Assembly: GCA_047516825.1 (NCBI GenBank)
Contig: JAKZUA010000062.1
Location: 1 to 32,687, forward strand
DNA: 32,687 bases
Origin: Dehalococcoidia bacterium
Lineage (GTDB): Bacteria; Chloroflexota; Dehalococcoidia; Lucifugimonadales; UBA3495
Direction of reading: 5' to 3'
How positions within the stretch are numbered: the first letter of the stretch is position 1; the number at the start of each line of letters is the position of its first letter. This document shows, one piece after another, positions 8,278 through 16,651 of this stretch. The notes under the pieces were generated by a model. That model did not search any database. It was not told where the DNA came from and saw only the letters and a list, made by a program, of their open reading frames with translations. The position numbers and the translations under genes are program-made.

Positions 8278-9231
8278 GTGTCTGATTTTCCTTTATATCA
8301 ACCGGTGCATCAACCGGTGTTGCTGCGGGAAGCGTTGGAGCAATTGGCGGTGCGGTCGGGTTGGGTGTGTGTAGACGCCACGGCAGGGGAGGGGGGACAT
8401 TCCATGGCCCTCCTTCAGGCGTCGGCTCCATCGGGTAGGGTGTTGGGCATCGACTGGGACCCTCGCTCTCTGGCCCGGGCCGAAAGAAGGCTGAACCAGT
8501 TTGGCGACAGATTCATCCCGGCCCAGGGTACTTATGCCGACTTGGGCCAGCTGGCCCAGGAGGCCAACATTGCCGGGGTGGACGGAGTATTGCTGGACCT
8601 GGGACTTTCCTCCTGGCAGCTGGAGGCCGGCGGGGCGGGGTTCAGCTTCCAGCGGGACGAACCCCTGGATATGCGGTTCGACCCCAATGGTACCGGGCCC
8701 GACGCTGCAGAATTAGTCGATAAGCTTTCTGAAGATGAGCTGGGGAAACTGCTTTTCCAGTATGGCGAAGAGCCCAGGGCCAAGACCATTGCCCGGGCCC
8801 TGGTACAGGCGCGGCAAGCGAACCCCATACGCACTACCGGCCAGCTAGTCAAGCTGCTGGAAACCATTCCCGGGCTGGGGAGAGGCCGGCGGACCCATCC
8901 GGCAACGCGCACCTTCCAGGCTTTGCGCATGGCGGTGAATGACGAGCTTACCAACCTGGAAGCGGGGATAAAAGCCGCTGTCGAACTGCTGAAACCAGAG
9001 GGCAGGCTGGTGGTCATCAGTTACCACAGTCTGGAGGACCGGTTGGTCAAACAAACCCTGGCCTACCTAGCCGCCGGTTGTGTCTGCCCGGCCCAGATCC
9101 CGGTCTGCGTGTGTAGCCACCAGGCAACTGTCCGAATTACCAATCGCAGGATTATCCGGCCCACCCCAGCAGAAGTGGAGACTAATCCCCGCAGCCGAAG
9201 CGCCCGCATGAGGGTTGCCGAAAAGCTATAG
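8278..9231 (+). CDS. rsmH: 16S rRNA (cytosine1402-N4)-methyltransferase RsmH/MraW
   Basis: HQPVLLREALE, DATAGEGGHS (SAM-binding), DLGLSS-Q, FSF--D-PLDMR, SYHSLEDR-VK. The ORF-track start at 8005 adds ~90 non-homologous residues. In-frame GTG 8278 or GTG 8305 gives a normal ~310-aa protein. Confidence 0.9.
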   Translation: MSDFPLYQPVHQPVLLREALEQLAVRSGWVCVDATAGEGGHSMALLQASAPSGRVLGIDWDPRSLARAERRLNQFGDRFIPAQGTYADLGQLAQEANIAGVDGVLLDLGLSSWQLEAGGAGFSFQRDEPLDMRFDPNGTGPDAAELVDKLSEDELGKLLFQYGEEPRAKTIARALVQARQANPIRTTGQLVKLLETIPGLGRGRRTHPATRTFQALRMAVNDELTNLEAGIKAAVELLKPEGRLVVISYHSLEDRLVKQTLAYLAAGCVCPAQIPVCVCSHQATVRITNRRIIRPTPAEVETNPRSRSARMRVAEKL

Positions 9232-9291
9232 TCAGAAATTTGTATCGAGCCCTATCGGGCTCACCTACCCAACTCTAAGGAGGGTAACAAC

Positions 9292-10536
9292 TTGGCCAAA
9301 GAACTGTTTTACACCGCCATCGACATCGGTAGCAACAAGGTTGCCTCCGTGATCGCCCAGGTGGGCACTGAAGGGGAACTCAAGGTATTGGGCGCCGGAC
9401 TCGCCCCCTCTCAGGGTGTTCAAAAAGGCCGCATCGAAAGCATCGAAGAGGCCAGCGACGCGGTGAGGGCTTCCTTAGAAGAGGCTGAACGCTACATCGC
9501 CCGGGGGTTGATCGCCGGGGTGTACGCCGTAGTTAGCGGAACTCACTTGTCCTGCATCAACACCAAAGACGTCATTAAAGACGTGGGCGACTTGGGCACC
9601 ATAACCCCCCAGCAGGTTCACCGGTTGCTGCAGTCCTCCTACCCCAAGGTGGACGACTCCAAAGAAATTTTGCACATAATCCCCAATGGCTATGAAGTAG
9701 ACGGACTGCCTGGAGTTCGCAATCCCGCCGGCCTGCACGCCAACGAAGTGCAGGTGGAGTCCCACGTGGTGATGGGCGAAGCCATTACGCTGAAGAATAC
9801 GGTCAAAGCGGTGGAGGCCAACAAAGTCACAGTCAAAAGCTTGGTGCTGCAATCTCTGGCATCGGCCGAAGCAACCCTGACCGGCGACGAACGGGAGTTG
9901 GGCGCAGTGTTGGTGGACATAGGCAGCGGAACGGCTGACCTCTCAATATTCCGCTACGGCTATCCTTGGTATTCGGCGGTTATCCCAGTGGGCGGTAGCC
10001 AGCTGACCAGAGACTTGGCCGTGGCGGCCCGGATACCCTATCACCTGGCCGAAGATATAAAGGTGAAATGGGGCCACGTGGTGCCGGATCTGGTGCTTCA
10101 TAATGAAGAGGTAGTTGTCCCCGGATATCAGGGACAGCCTCGGAGGGTGGTCCTACGCCGCGCCCTCTGTGAGCCTTTGAATCTACGGATGCTGGAGATA
10201 CTCAAGCTAATCATGCTGCGAGTCACCCAGGCCGGCCTGAGGCAGCTGCCCACCGGCGGGCTGGTGCTGACCGGCGGAGCTGCGGATATGGCCGGTCTAA
10301 AGGAGTTGGTGGAAAAGACCCTGGGCGGACCGGTACGGATAGCTCAGCCCAGCGGAATCGCCGGCTTGCCCTCCCATCTACGCAAGCCCGCCTTTTCCGC
10401 GGCGGTCGGAGCCCTGCTCTGGGGAATCAAGCACCAAGGGGAGAGCCGCCGCTATCAAAATGCCTCGCGAACGTTGTGGGGATATAAATCTTTGGTTAAA
10501 CGGCTTGCCCGGGTCAAGGAGGGCGCTTTCCAGTAA
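9292..10536 (+). CDS. ftsA: Cell division protein FtsA
   Basis: Actin-fold phosphate-1 motif AIDIGSNKV, later VDIGSGTADLSIF and LTGGAADMAGL. TTG start with AAGGAGGG 8 nt upstream. Lies directly upstream of ftsZ. Confidence 0.9.
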   Translation: MAKELFYTAIDIGSNKVASVIAQVGTEGELKVLGAGLAPSQGVQKGRIESIEEASDAVRASLEEAERYIARGLIAGVYAVVSGTHLSCINTKDVIKDVGDLGTITPQQVHRLLQSSYPKVDDSKEILHIIPNGYEVDGLPGVRNPAGLHANEVQVESHVVMGEAITLKNTVKAVEANKVTVKSLVLQSLASAEATLTGDERELGAVLVDIGSGTADLSIFRYGYPWYSAVIPVGGSQLTRDLAVAARIPYHLAEDIKVKWGHVVPDLVLHNEEVVVPGYQGQPRRVVLRRALCEPLNLRMLEILKLIMLRVTQAGLRQLPTGGLVLTGGAADMAGLKELVEKTLGGPVRIAQPSGIAGLPSHLRKPAFSAAVGALLWGIKHQGESRRYQNASRTLWGYKSLVKRLARVKEGAFQ

Positions 10537-10705
10537 CCCCAGTTACACCAAGGGACCTTCCTTCCCAGAAGGGTTAATGGACTGGCGGGGAAAGCAGCCT
10601 GGCCCGGCTCTGACTCCAAGCCTTTCAGGAAGGGAACAAAAGAACTACCCAAAGAACTACTCAGGGAAGTTAACCCGGATCATAAGCGATGCGGAGGAGA
10701 TAAGG

Positions 10706-11860
10706 ATGGTACTTGAGAACTCGGCGTCTTGGGAGCCCGGCACTGACACAGGCGAGCTGTCCAACCTGGTGCCGGAAATCGCCCGGGGTGTCCCACAAAT
10801 TAAGGTGTTGGGCGTCGGTGGCGGGGGCAGCAACGCCGTAAGCCGAATGTACAAAGAAAAGCTGCCCATGGCGGAATACTACGCGGTGAACACCGACGCC
10901 CAGCATCTGTTTGGATGCGACGTTGGCCACCGTCTGGCCATTGGCCAGAATCTTACCAAGGGCCTGGGCTCGGGAGCATTGCCTGACCTGGGCCGGCAGG
11001 CTGCCGAGGAGAGCCGGGCCGAAATTCAGCAGGTTCTCGATGGCGCCGACATGGTTTTCCTGGCCGTGGGCATGGGCGGTGGTACGGGAACCGGCGCCGC
11101 TCCGGTGATCGCCCAGCTGGCCAAAGAAGCCGGAGCGCTGACCGTTGCCGTCGTTAGCAGACCCTTTTCATTTGAAGCGGCAGCCCGGCGGAAAAACGCC
11201 GAAGAGGGCATTGGTAAATTAAAGGATCACGTCGATACCCTGATTACCATTCCCAACGACCGCCTGCTGGAGCTGAATCGGGACAGGGAGTCGACTTTCA
11301 CTTGGGAAGAAGCCTTGAAGATGGCCGACTCGGTTCTGCATCAAGGTGTTCAGGCCATCGCCGAGGTGGTTACCGTGCCCGGCGAGATTAACGTGGACTT
11401 CGCCGACGTTAAAACCATCTTGACCAACGCCGGGCCCGCCTGGCTGGCCATCGGCCGGGGCAAGGGCGAGAATCGGGCGGTTGACGCCGCGAGACAGGCT
11501 ACCAAGAGTCCTTTGCTGGACATAGCCATGGACGGAGCCAAGCGCATCCTTTTCGTAATAACCGGTGGCACGAGCCTCACCCTGCAGGAAGTCCAGGACG
11601 CCGCCCGCGTGATTGAGGAGATGTCGGACCCAGAGGCCAACATCATCTTCGGCACCAGTCGGGACACGCGGCTGGAGGACGAGGTAAAAATGACCATGGT
11701 CGCCGCCTCGTTCCCGCTTATGCAGGAATCCCAGCAGATGCGGGAGGCCGAGCTGCAACGTCTCCTTCAGGACGTCAACCCAGAGATTGAAAGCGAACTG
11801 GACGTTCCCAGCTTCCTCCGGCACCAGTCCGGCGGAAAAAGGGGCGGACTATTCCGCTGA
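10706..11860 (+). CDS. ftsZ: Cell division GTPase FtsZ
   Basis: [14 protein letters not shown] and the tubulin signature [22 protein letters not shown] lies 6 nt before ATG 10706. The ORF-track start at 10460 is an upstream extension with non-FtsZ sequence. Confidence 0.95.
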   Translation: MVLENSASWEPGTDTGELSNLVPEIARGVPQIKVLGVGGGGSNAVSRMYKEKLPMAEYYAVNTDAQHLFGCDVGHRLAIGQNLTKGLGSGALPDLGRQAAEESRAEIQQVLDGADMVFLAVGMGGGTGTGAAPVIAQLAKEAGALTVAVVSRPFSFEAAARRKNAEEGIGKLKDHVDTLITIPNDRLLELNRDRESTFTWEEALKMADSVLHQGVQAIAEVVTVPGEINVDFADVKTILTNAGPAWLAIGRGKGENRAVDAARQATKSPLLDIAMDGAKRILFVITGGTSLTLQEVQDAARVIEEMSDPEANIIFGTSRDTRLEDEVKMTMVAASFPLMQESQQMREAELQRLLQDVNPEIESELDVPSFLRHQSGGKRGGLFR

Positions 11861-11914
11861 ACCGGGCGTTTACCCATTTAGTGGAGCAACCTTCAAGACT
11901 TGACGCCTAATCGA

Positions 11915-12030
11915 TGCCGTAGGAGCCCATCCGTTAGTAGGCCTGGGATGGGCGGAAGGGACGGGCCGTTCATTCGGCGGCCCGGAATGGAAGAGGGGCA
12001 CTAACCGGCCACGTTGGGGCTCCTACGGCA
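11915..12030 (+). ncRNA. Candidate structured RNA element in the ftsZ 3' region (class unknown)
   Basis: Perfect 14-bp closing stem: TGCCGTAGGAGCCC (11915-11928) with GGGCTCCTACGGCA (12017-12030). It encloses at least two hairpins: CCCATCC/GGATGGG at 11926-11952 and GGGCCG/CGGCCC at 11963-11983. A terminator lies ~105 nt downstream. Confidence 0.3.
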
Positions 12031-12136
12031 ATTTCCCAAAATCTCCTGTTCCGCGAGTAATATTCTCGGAGGTCAAGTAAGCCGCACTCCTCATAAAGTA
12101 TCGACCACTCCACCCTTGGCACCGAGAAGCTGCACC

Positions 12137-12170
12137 GAGGCCGCCCTTTAAAGGGCGGCCTCCTCTATTT
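12137..12170 (+). terminator. Rho-independent terminator (ends the ftsZ transcript or the candidate RNA)
   Basis: GAGGCCGCCCTTT|AAAGGGCGGCCTC is a perfect 26-nt palindrome (12137-12162), followed by CTCTATTT. Confidence 0.6.
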
Positions 12171-12268
12171 GGGTAATTAGGTGCACTTTCTCAGCGAATC
12201 CGAGGGTCCACCTCCTTTTACGCCAGGGCCATAACAGGATATTCCAACCAATTTCACCTTAATTTCCA

Positions 12269-12298
12269 TTGACTTTCCCAAATTGCGCCTTCTACAAT
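12269..12298 (+). promoter_or_regulatory. Sigma-70-type promoter of nrdR
   Basis: TTGACT (12269-12274), 18-nt spacer, TACAAT (12293-12298), ~95 nt upstream of the nrdR ATG. Confidence 0.55.
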
Positions 12299-12303
12299 AA
12301 AAG

Positions 12304-12350
12304 CTACAAGGGATTGTACCTTTAGGTTACAATAACACATTATATAGTAT
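12304..12350 (+). promoter_or_regulatory. Tandem NrdR boxes
   Basis: Box 2 ACACATTATATAGTAT (12335-12350) matches the remembered 16-bp NrdR palindrome acaCwAtATaTwGtgt at 14/16 positions. Box 1 CTACAAGGGATTGTAC (12304-12319) matches 9/16 with both half-site cores (ACAA...TTGT). The gap is 15 bp, so centres are 31 bp apart, the typical tandem spacing. Both boxes lie just downstream of the -10. Confidence 0.6.
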
Positions 12351-12393
12351 TCTAAGAAAGTTTTCAAAATAGTTTAAGAAAGCGTGCAAATAA

Positions 12394-12996
12394 ATGCGCT
12401 GCCCTTTTTGTGGATTTTCCGATTCCAAAGTGACCAACTCGCGAGAAGCGGATAGCGGCATCCGCCGGCGCCGCGAATGCCGGAAATGCGGGGTACGATT
12501 CACCACTTACGAAAGAGCGCAATCGACGGCTTTGATGGTATCCAAGCAAGATGGCCGTAGAGAAGAGTTCAATCGGGAAAAGCTGGTGGGAGGTCTCCGC
12601 AAAGCCTGTGCCAAGCGCCCCATTCCCTCCCGGACCGTAGACAAAATGGTGGAGGAAATCGAAGCGGCACTGCGCCATCTGGGACAGGGGGAGGTGCCCA
12701 GCAGCAAAATCGGGGAAATGGTCATGGAACGGCTCCGCAAGGTGGACCGGGTGGCCTACATACGGTACGCCAGCGTGTACCGGGACTTCCAGGACATCGA
12801 GAGCTTTGAGCGGGCGGTCAAGGACCTGCGGGAGGGAAACACCCAGCTTTCTCTGCCGAAAATTACGCCGGTACAACCCAGGATGAGAAGCAGACGCCAG
12901 TCCAAAGCAACGGTCCAACCCTCATCCACAACCCGAGGAGAGGTAGCTTCAGACCATGACAAAGGGCAAACAGCGATATTAGGAGGAAAAAAGTAG
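12394..12996 (+). CDS. nrdR: Transcriptional repressor NrdR (Zn-ribbon + ATP-cone) with ~45-aa C-terminal extension
   Basis: MRCPFCG...RRRRECRKCGVRFTTYER zinc ribbon, followed by an ATP-cone (V-K-DGRREEFNREKL--GL-KAC-KRPI). 200 aa versus the usual ~150-160. Confidence 0.95.
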   Translation: MRCPFCGFSDSKVTNSREADSGIRRRRECRKCGVRFTTYERAQSTALMVSKQDGRREEFNREKLVGGLRKACAKRPIPSRTVDKMVEEIEAALRHLGQGEVPSSKIGEMVMERLRKVDRVAYIRYASVYRDFQDIESFERAVKDLREGNTQLSLPKITPVQPRMRSRRQSKATVQPSSTTRGEVASDHDKGQTAILGGKK

Positions 12997-12999
12997 GTA

Positions 13000-13242
13000 A
13001 TGAATAACAACGTCCAATACTCCGCTCTCACCAGGTTATTGGCCCACAACAATCGGATTCACGACCTGGGAGAAATACTGAGCCGCATGCCGGTGGTGTT
13101 GGGGGAAGAGGAGGCGGACGGGATGGGTTACAAGGGAACCGGCTTCAATCCATTTCAGGATTTGCAGGAAGAGATAGACCGGGAAGTGCGGGCTAGTCTG
13201 GTGACATGCTGGCTGGCCATGCCGGAGCCCCTGGAAGAGTAG
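13000..13242 (+). CDS. Hypothetical 80-aa protein
   Basis: ATG ORF starting 4 nt after the nrdR stop. AGGAGG lies 14 nt upstream, which is long spacing. No recognisable motif; acidic and probably helical. Confidence 0.4.
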   Translation: MNNNVQYSALTRLLAHNNRIHDLGEILSRMPVVLGEEEADGMGYKGTGFNPFQDLQEEIDREVRASLVTCWLAMPEPLEE

Positions 13243-13376
13243 CGAACCAGTGCCGGCGGACAGGATGTCCCTATAGCACCCACTGACAGCAGCCGTGGGC
13301 CAATCCAGGGGGGAAATGGTACAACTGTAACCACAAAAACCAATGTGTCGCCTGAGTGGGCCACGGGTCAAGTAAC

Positions 13377-13573
13377 TATCTCAAAACGACCCATGTCATT
13401 CCGAAGGACGCAGCGACGGAGGAATCTAAATCCTGGGCCCGTAAAACCTCATGAATCAGTATTACAGTTACACCATAACCAATGGCGTCAGGACCATATT
13501 CCCAGAGACTTTAGAATCCTCGCGGAGTTTATCCTGAGCAACGCCGAAGGGCTCGGGGTGACATTTGGAGAGA
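13377..13573 (+). mobile_element. MITE-like non-autonomous repeat element, copy A (197 bp)
   Basis: Aligns over its whole length to the reverse complement of 18931-19128, with ~166 of 198 positions identical by hand alignment. Ends are imperfect inverted repeats (TATCTCAAAACG ... rc TCTCTCCAAATG). Contains two GC-rich hairpin cores. No transposase. Confidence 0.55.
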
Positions 13574-13644
13574 ATTACCAAGGGGAGGGGCACCGTAAGC
13601 CCGTTCCAAGTCGAAAAGAATCCTAACTGGGAAAGGAAGGAAAC

Positions 13645-14082
13645 TTGTCACGACACAAATACCAGGTCCAGTTGCAATGCCAGCCTCTGACAGCCAGCGA
13701 CGCCCAGGGAATCGCGCAGTCGTTGAGCCAGCGCTTTCCGGTCACCGGATTCCGCTGCCACGGAGCGGCGATGCTCATAGATTTGGAATCCAGATTTCCC
13801 CTGGCTTACGGCGCGCTGAAAGACCTGGCAGACCTGGTGATTGACCAAGCCACGGAGATGAACCTACGTCTGCTTTCGGCAGTGATCCAGCAGGTGGACT
13901 TGGGACCGGAGGCGTTTTCGGCTGAACCGCTGGGCGGCCGCCTGGGGCGAATGTTTGGCAGGACCTTGGGCATCAAGCGGTACACTCCGGTAATGTACTT
14001 CTACCAGAACATGGTTGTAGACCTTCAGTTGGCGGCCAGGGTTGACAACCGACAGATGAAACCCGTCGCCGAACTAAATTAA
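13645..14082 (+). CDS. Hypothetical 145-aa protein immediately upstream of nrdJ
   Basis: TTG start preceded by GGAAAGGAAGGAAAC. Codon usage and GC resemble the neighbours. No motif I recognise. Confidence 0.55.
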   Translation: MSRHKYQVQLQCQPLTASDAQGIAQSLSQRFPVTGFRCHGAAMLIDLESRFPLAYGALKDLADLVIDQATEMNLRLLSAVIQQVDLGPEAFSAEPLGGRLGRMFGRTLGIKRYTPVMYFYQNMVVDLQLAARVDNRQMKPVAELN

Positions 14083-14101
14083 GAAAAACATTTAATGGTA
14101 T

Positions 14102-14167
14102 TGTGGCCAGCCCGGTGTATACGGTGTATGCCTGGAATAGGCATTAGTGTGAAGGCGGGTGGCCACA
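14102..14167 (+). promoter_or_regulatory. Structured leader just upstream of the nrdJ ribosome-binding site
   Basis: TGTGGCCAGCCCG (14102-14114) pairs with CGGGTGGCCACA (14156-14167): 12 bp with one bulged G. The stem encloses a tandem CGGTGTAT repeat (14113-14120, 14122-14129) and hairpin ATGCCT-GGAAT-AGGCAT (14128-14144). The SD GGAGGGG follows at 14173. Confidence 0.4.
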
Positions 14168-14185
14168 GTGTGGAGGGGTGGTATC

Positions 14186-16582
14186 TTGGCAATTTTACAG
14201 AGGAATCCCATTTCAACTTCGGAAGACACTAGGCACCGCATCAGGCAGGCCCTGCAAGAGGCGGGGATAGCCCGGCAAATCAACGAGCGCTCGTCGGAGC
14301 TAACCGACAACTCCCAGATAGTCCTAAAGCGCCGGTATCTCTCCAAGGACCGGGAAGGCAATGTTTTGGAAAACGCCGACGGCATGTTCCGCCGGGTGGC
14401 CCAAAACCTGTCTCAAGCCGACCTAAACTACGGCGCGACCGAGGACCAGCGGCTGGCCACCGAGGAGGAATTCAGCGACGTAATGCGCCGGCTGGAATTC
14501 TTGCCCAACTCGCCCACATTGATGAACGCCGGACGCGAGCTGCAACAGCTGTCCGCCTGCTTTGTATTACCGGTGGCAGACTCTTTGGATTCCATTTTTT
14601 CCATGGTCAAGAGCACCGCGCTGATTCACAAGAGCGGCGGTGGCACTGGCTTCTCCTTCTCGCGGCTCCGTCCCGAAGGAGACGTGGTGGGCTCCACCGG
14701 CGGCGTGGCCTCGGGGCCGGTCAGCTTCATCAACGCCTTCGACGCCGCCACCGATGTAGTCAAACAGGGCGGTACCCGCCGCGGCGCCAACATGGGCATC
14801 CTCGACGTGACCCATCCGGACATCATCAAGTTCATTCGGGCCAAGGAGGACGGCCAGCACCTGGTCAACTTCAATGTTTCGGTGGCTTTAACCGAAGAGT
14901 TCATGGAGCGGGTGCAGGGGAACCAGGAGTACGACCTGGTCAATCCGCGCACCGGCCAGATTACCGGGCAGCTCAACGCCAGGGAGGTTTTCCAGCTAAT
15001 TACCGAGCTGGCCTGGCAGACCGGCGACCCGGGCATCGTCTTTTTGGACCGGATCAATCGGGAGAATCCCAACCCCCAGCTGGGCGCCATCGAGTCGACC
15101 AACCCCTGCGGAGAGCAGCCCTTACTGCCCTTCGAGTCCTGCAACTTGGGGTCGATCAACCTGGCCCGCATGGTGCGTTACACCGGCGAGGACACGGAGA
15201 TTGACTGGCAGCGCCTGGCCCGGGTGACCGGCACCGCGGTCCATCTGCTGGACAACGTCATCGACATGAACAACTATCCTATTCCGGAAATCGCGGAGAT
15301 GAGCCGGACTACCCGCCGCATCGGCGTAGGGGTCATGGGCTTCTCCGACCTGCTGGTCCAGCTGGGCATCAGCTACGACTCGGAAGAGGCGCTGCAGCTC
15401 GGCGAAGAGGTGATGCGCCGGATTCAGGAAGAAAGTTATCGGGCGTCCATTGAGCTGGCGAAAAAGCGGGGGCCCTTCCCTTCCTGGGATGGCAGCGCTT
15501 ACAGCCAACCCGGGCCCAACGGCCGTCCCATCCTGCGCATGCGTAACTCCGCGCCGGTAACCATCGCCCCCACCGGCACCATCAGCATCATCGCCGGAGC
15601 ATCCAGCGGCATCGAGCCCCTGTTCGCCCTGTCTTACGTCCGCGACGTCATGGACCATACCCGCCTGGTGGAGGGCAACCCCTACTTCGAGGCGGTGGCC
15701 CGCCGGGAAGGGTTCTACTCCGCCGAGCTAATGGAGCAGCTGGCCGAGAAGGGCAGCCTGGAGGAACTGGACGTCCCCCAGTGGGTAAAGGACGTGTTCC
15801 GCACCTCTCACGATATCACTCCCGACTGGCACGTGCGAATGCAGGCCACCTTCCAGCGTCATACCGACAACTCGGTTTCCAAGACCATTAATTTCCCCCA
15901 CAGCGCCACCGTGGCCGACGTGGCCGAGGCCTATATGCTGGCCTACGAGACCGGCTGCAAGGGAATAACCGTTTATCGGGACGGCAGCAAATCGGAGCAG
16001 GTGCTGAGCACCGGGGACACCGGCCGGGAGATTACCCAAGAGCTGGCGCCGGCCTTCCGCACACCCCGAGAGCGGCCCCGGCAGATTCAGGGCATCACCG
16101 AGCGGGTGCGCACCGGCCACGGCAACATGTACATCACCATCAACTTCGACGAAAATCAGCAGCCTTTTGAGGTCTTTGGCACCCTGGGCAAGGCCGGCGG
16201 CTGCGACTCGGCCCAGCTGGAGGCCATATCCCGTCTGGTCTCCCTGGCCCTGCGCTCCGGCATCAGCCCGGAGGAGGTCATCGCCCAGCTTAAAGGCATC
16301 ACCTGCTGCCCGGCCTGGGACGACGGCACCTTGGTGCGCTCCGGCCCCGACGCGGTGGCTCTGGCCCTGGAACGCCGCTTGACCAGCGATGCCGAAGCCT
16401 TGCCATTAGCGGCCGCCGACGCGCTGCAGCTGAGCTTTATTGCCGACCCCCACCAGGCCAACGGCAATGGCAGTGGCGATAGCGGCTATCAGGTCCGCAA
16501 ATGCCCCGACTGCAACGGTACCCTTCACTACCTGGAAGGGTGCGTCATGTGCGTCTCCTGCGGCTGGAACAAGTGCGAGTAG
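14186..16582 (+). CDS. nrdJ: Adenosylcobalamin-dependent (class II) ribonucleotide reductase NrdJ
   Basis: LPNSPTLMNAG, SCFVLP, GGGTGFSFS-LRP, TNPCGEQPL-P-ESCNLGS (catalytic Cys/Glu loop) and KTINFP are class II RNR hallmarks. C-terminal CPDC...CVSC zinc-ribbon tail. Preferred start is TTG 14186, 6 nt after GGAGGGG; the ORF track starts at GTG 14159 inside the leader stem. Confidence 0.93.
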   Translation: MAILQRNPISTSEDTRHRIRQALQEAGIARQINERSSELTDNSQIVLKRRYLSKDREGNVLENADGMFRRVAQNLSQADLNYGATEDQRLATEEEFSDVMRRLEFLPNSPTLMNAGRELQQLSACFVLPVADSLDSIFSMVKSTALIHKSGGGTGFSFSRLRPEGDVVGSTGGVASGPVSFINAFDAATDVVKQGGTRRGANMGILDVTHPDIIKFIRAKEDGQHLVNFNVSVALTEEFMERVQGNQEYDLVNPRTGQITGQLNAREVFQLITELAWQTGDPGIVFLDRINRENPNPQLGAIESTNPCGEQPLLPFESCNLGSINLARMVRYTGEDTEIDWQRLARVTGTAVHLLDNVIDMNNYPIPEIAEMSRTTRRIGVGVMGFSDLLVQLGISYDSEEALQLGEEVMRRIQEESYRASIELAKKRGPFPSWDGSAYSQPGPNGRPILRMRNSAPVTIAPTGTISIIAGASSGIEPLFALSYVRDVMDHTRLVEGNPYFEAVARREGFYSAELMEQLAEKGSLEELDVPQWVKDVFRTSHDITPDWHVRMQATFQRHTDNSVSKTINFPHSATVADVAEAYMLAYETGCKGITVYRDGSKSEQVLSTGDTGREITQELAPAFRTPRERPRQIQGITERVRTGHGNMYITINFDENQQPFEVFGTLGKAGGCDSAQLEAISRLVSLALRSGISPEEVIAQLKGITCCPAWDDGTLVRSGPDAVALALERRLTSDAEALPLAAADALQLSFIADPHQANGNGSGDSGYQVRKCPDCNGTLHYLEGCVMCVSCGWNKCE

Positions 16583-16651
16583 AGGCGGGCTGGGAGGCCC
16601 GAGGTCGAGATAGAGTTAGGCACGTAGAAATAAAATCGGGGAGCTAGAGAA

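Noticed and set aside
7880-8280. RNase P RNA, tmRNA, SRP RNA or 6S RNA in the rsmH upstream region.
   Set aside because: I could not find GAGGAAAGTCC (RNase P), a GGGG...tRNA-like CCACCA end (tmRNA), or the helix-8 GGAA tetraloop with AGCA context (SRP). The closest string, CCAGGAAGG, has an extra base and lacks the 3' AGCA. The region stays flagged as unknown rather than assigned.
7860-8285. 141-aa ORF (and the 8005..8277 N-terminal extension of the rsmH ORF) as a possible MraZ or FtsL.
   Set aside because: No MraZ (SpoVT/AbrB-like duplicated) motif and no transmembrane helix. Composition is Gly/Arg/Ser-rich and there is no SD. RsmH homology begins only at ~8290.
10460-10705. 82-codon N-terminal extension of the ftsZ ORF.
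   Set aside because: There is no similarity to FtsZ in this stretch. A strong GGAGGAG SD precedes ATG 10706, which gives a normal-length FtsZ.
13330-13345. 10-nt match CAACTGTAAC near both MITE copies (13334-13343 and 19219-19228) as a possible target-site duplication.
   Set aside because: Both copies are in the same orientation although the elements are inverted. They lie at different distances from the element ends (34 nt and 91 nt), so they do not behave like a TSD. Probably coincidence.
13345-13626. 93-aa ORF across MITE copy A, and the 202-aa ORF 18935..19543 across copy B, as protein-coding genes.
   Set aside because: They are most likely translations of the repeat element (SFRR..., ILSNAEGL peptide-like hairpins). 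A 1-nt indel breaks frame conservation in the 5' third. Copy B has no plausible start and runs antisense into the proC start region. A residual doubt is recorded in the MITE finding.
14083-14185. Cobalamin riboswitch or a second NrdR-box pair upstream of nrdJ.
   Set aside because: The structured segment is only ~65 nt and lacks a B12 box. The best NrdR-like 16-mer (CCGGTGTATACGGTGT) matches only 10/16 and has no partner at 31-32 bp.
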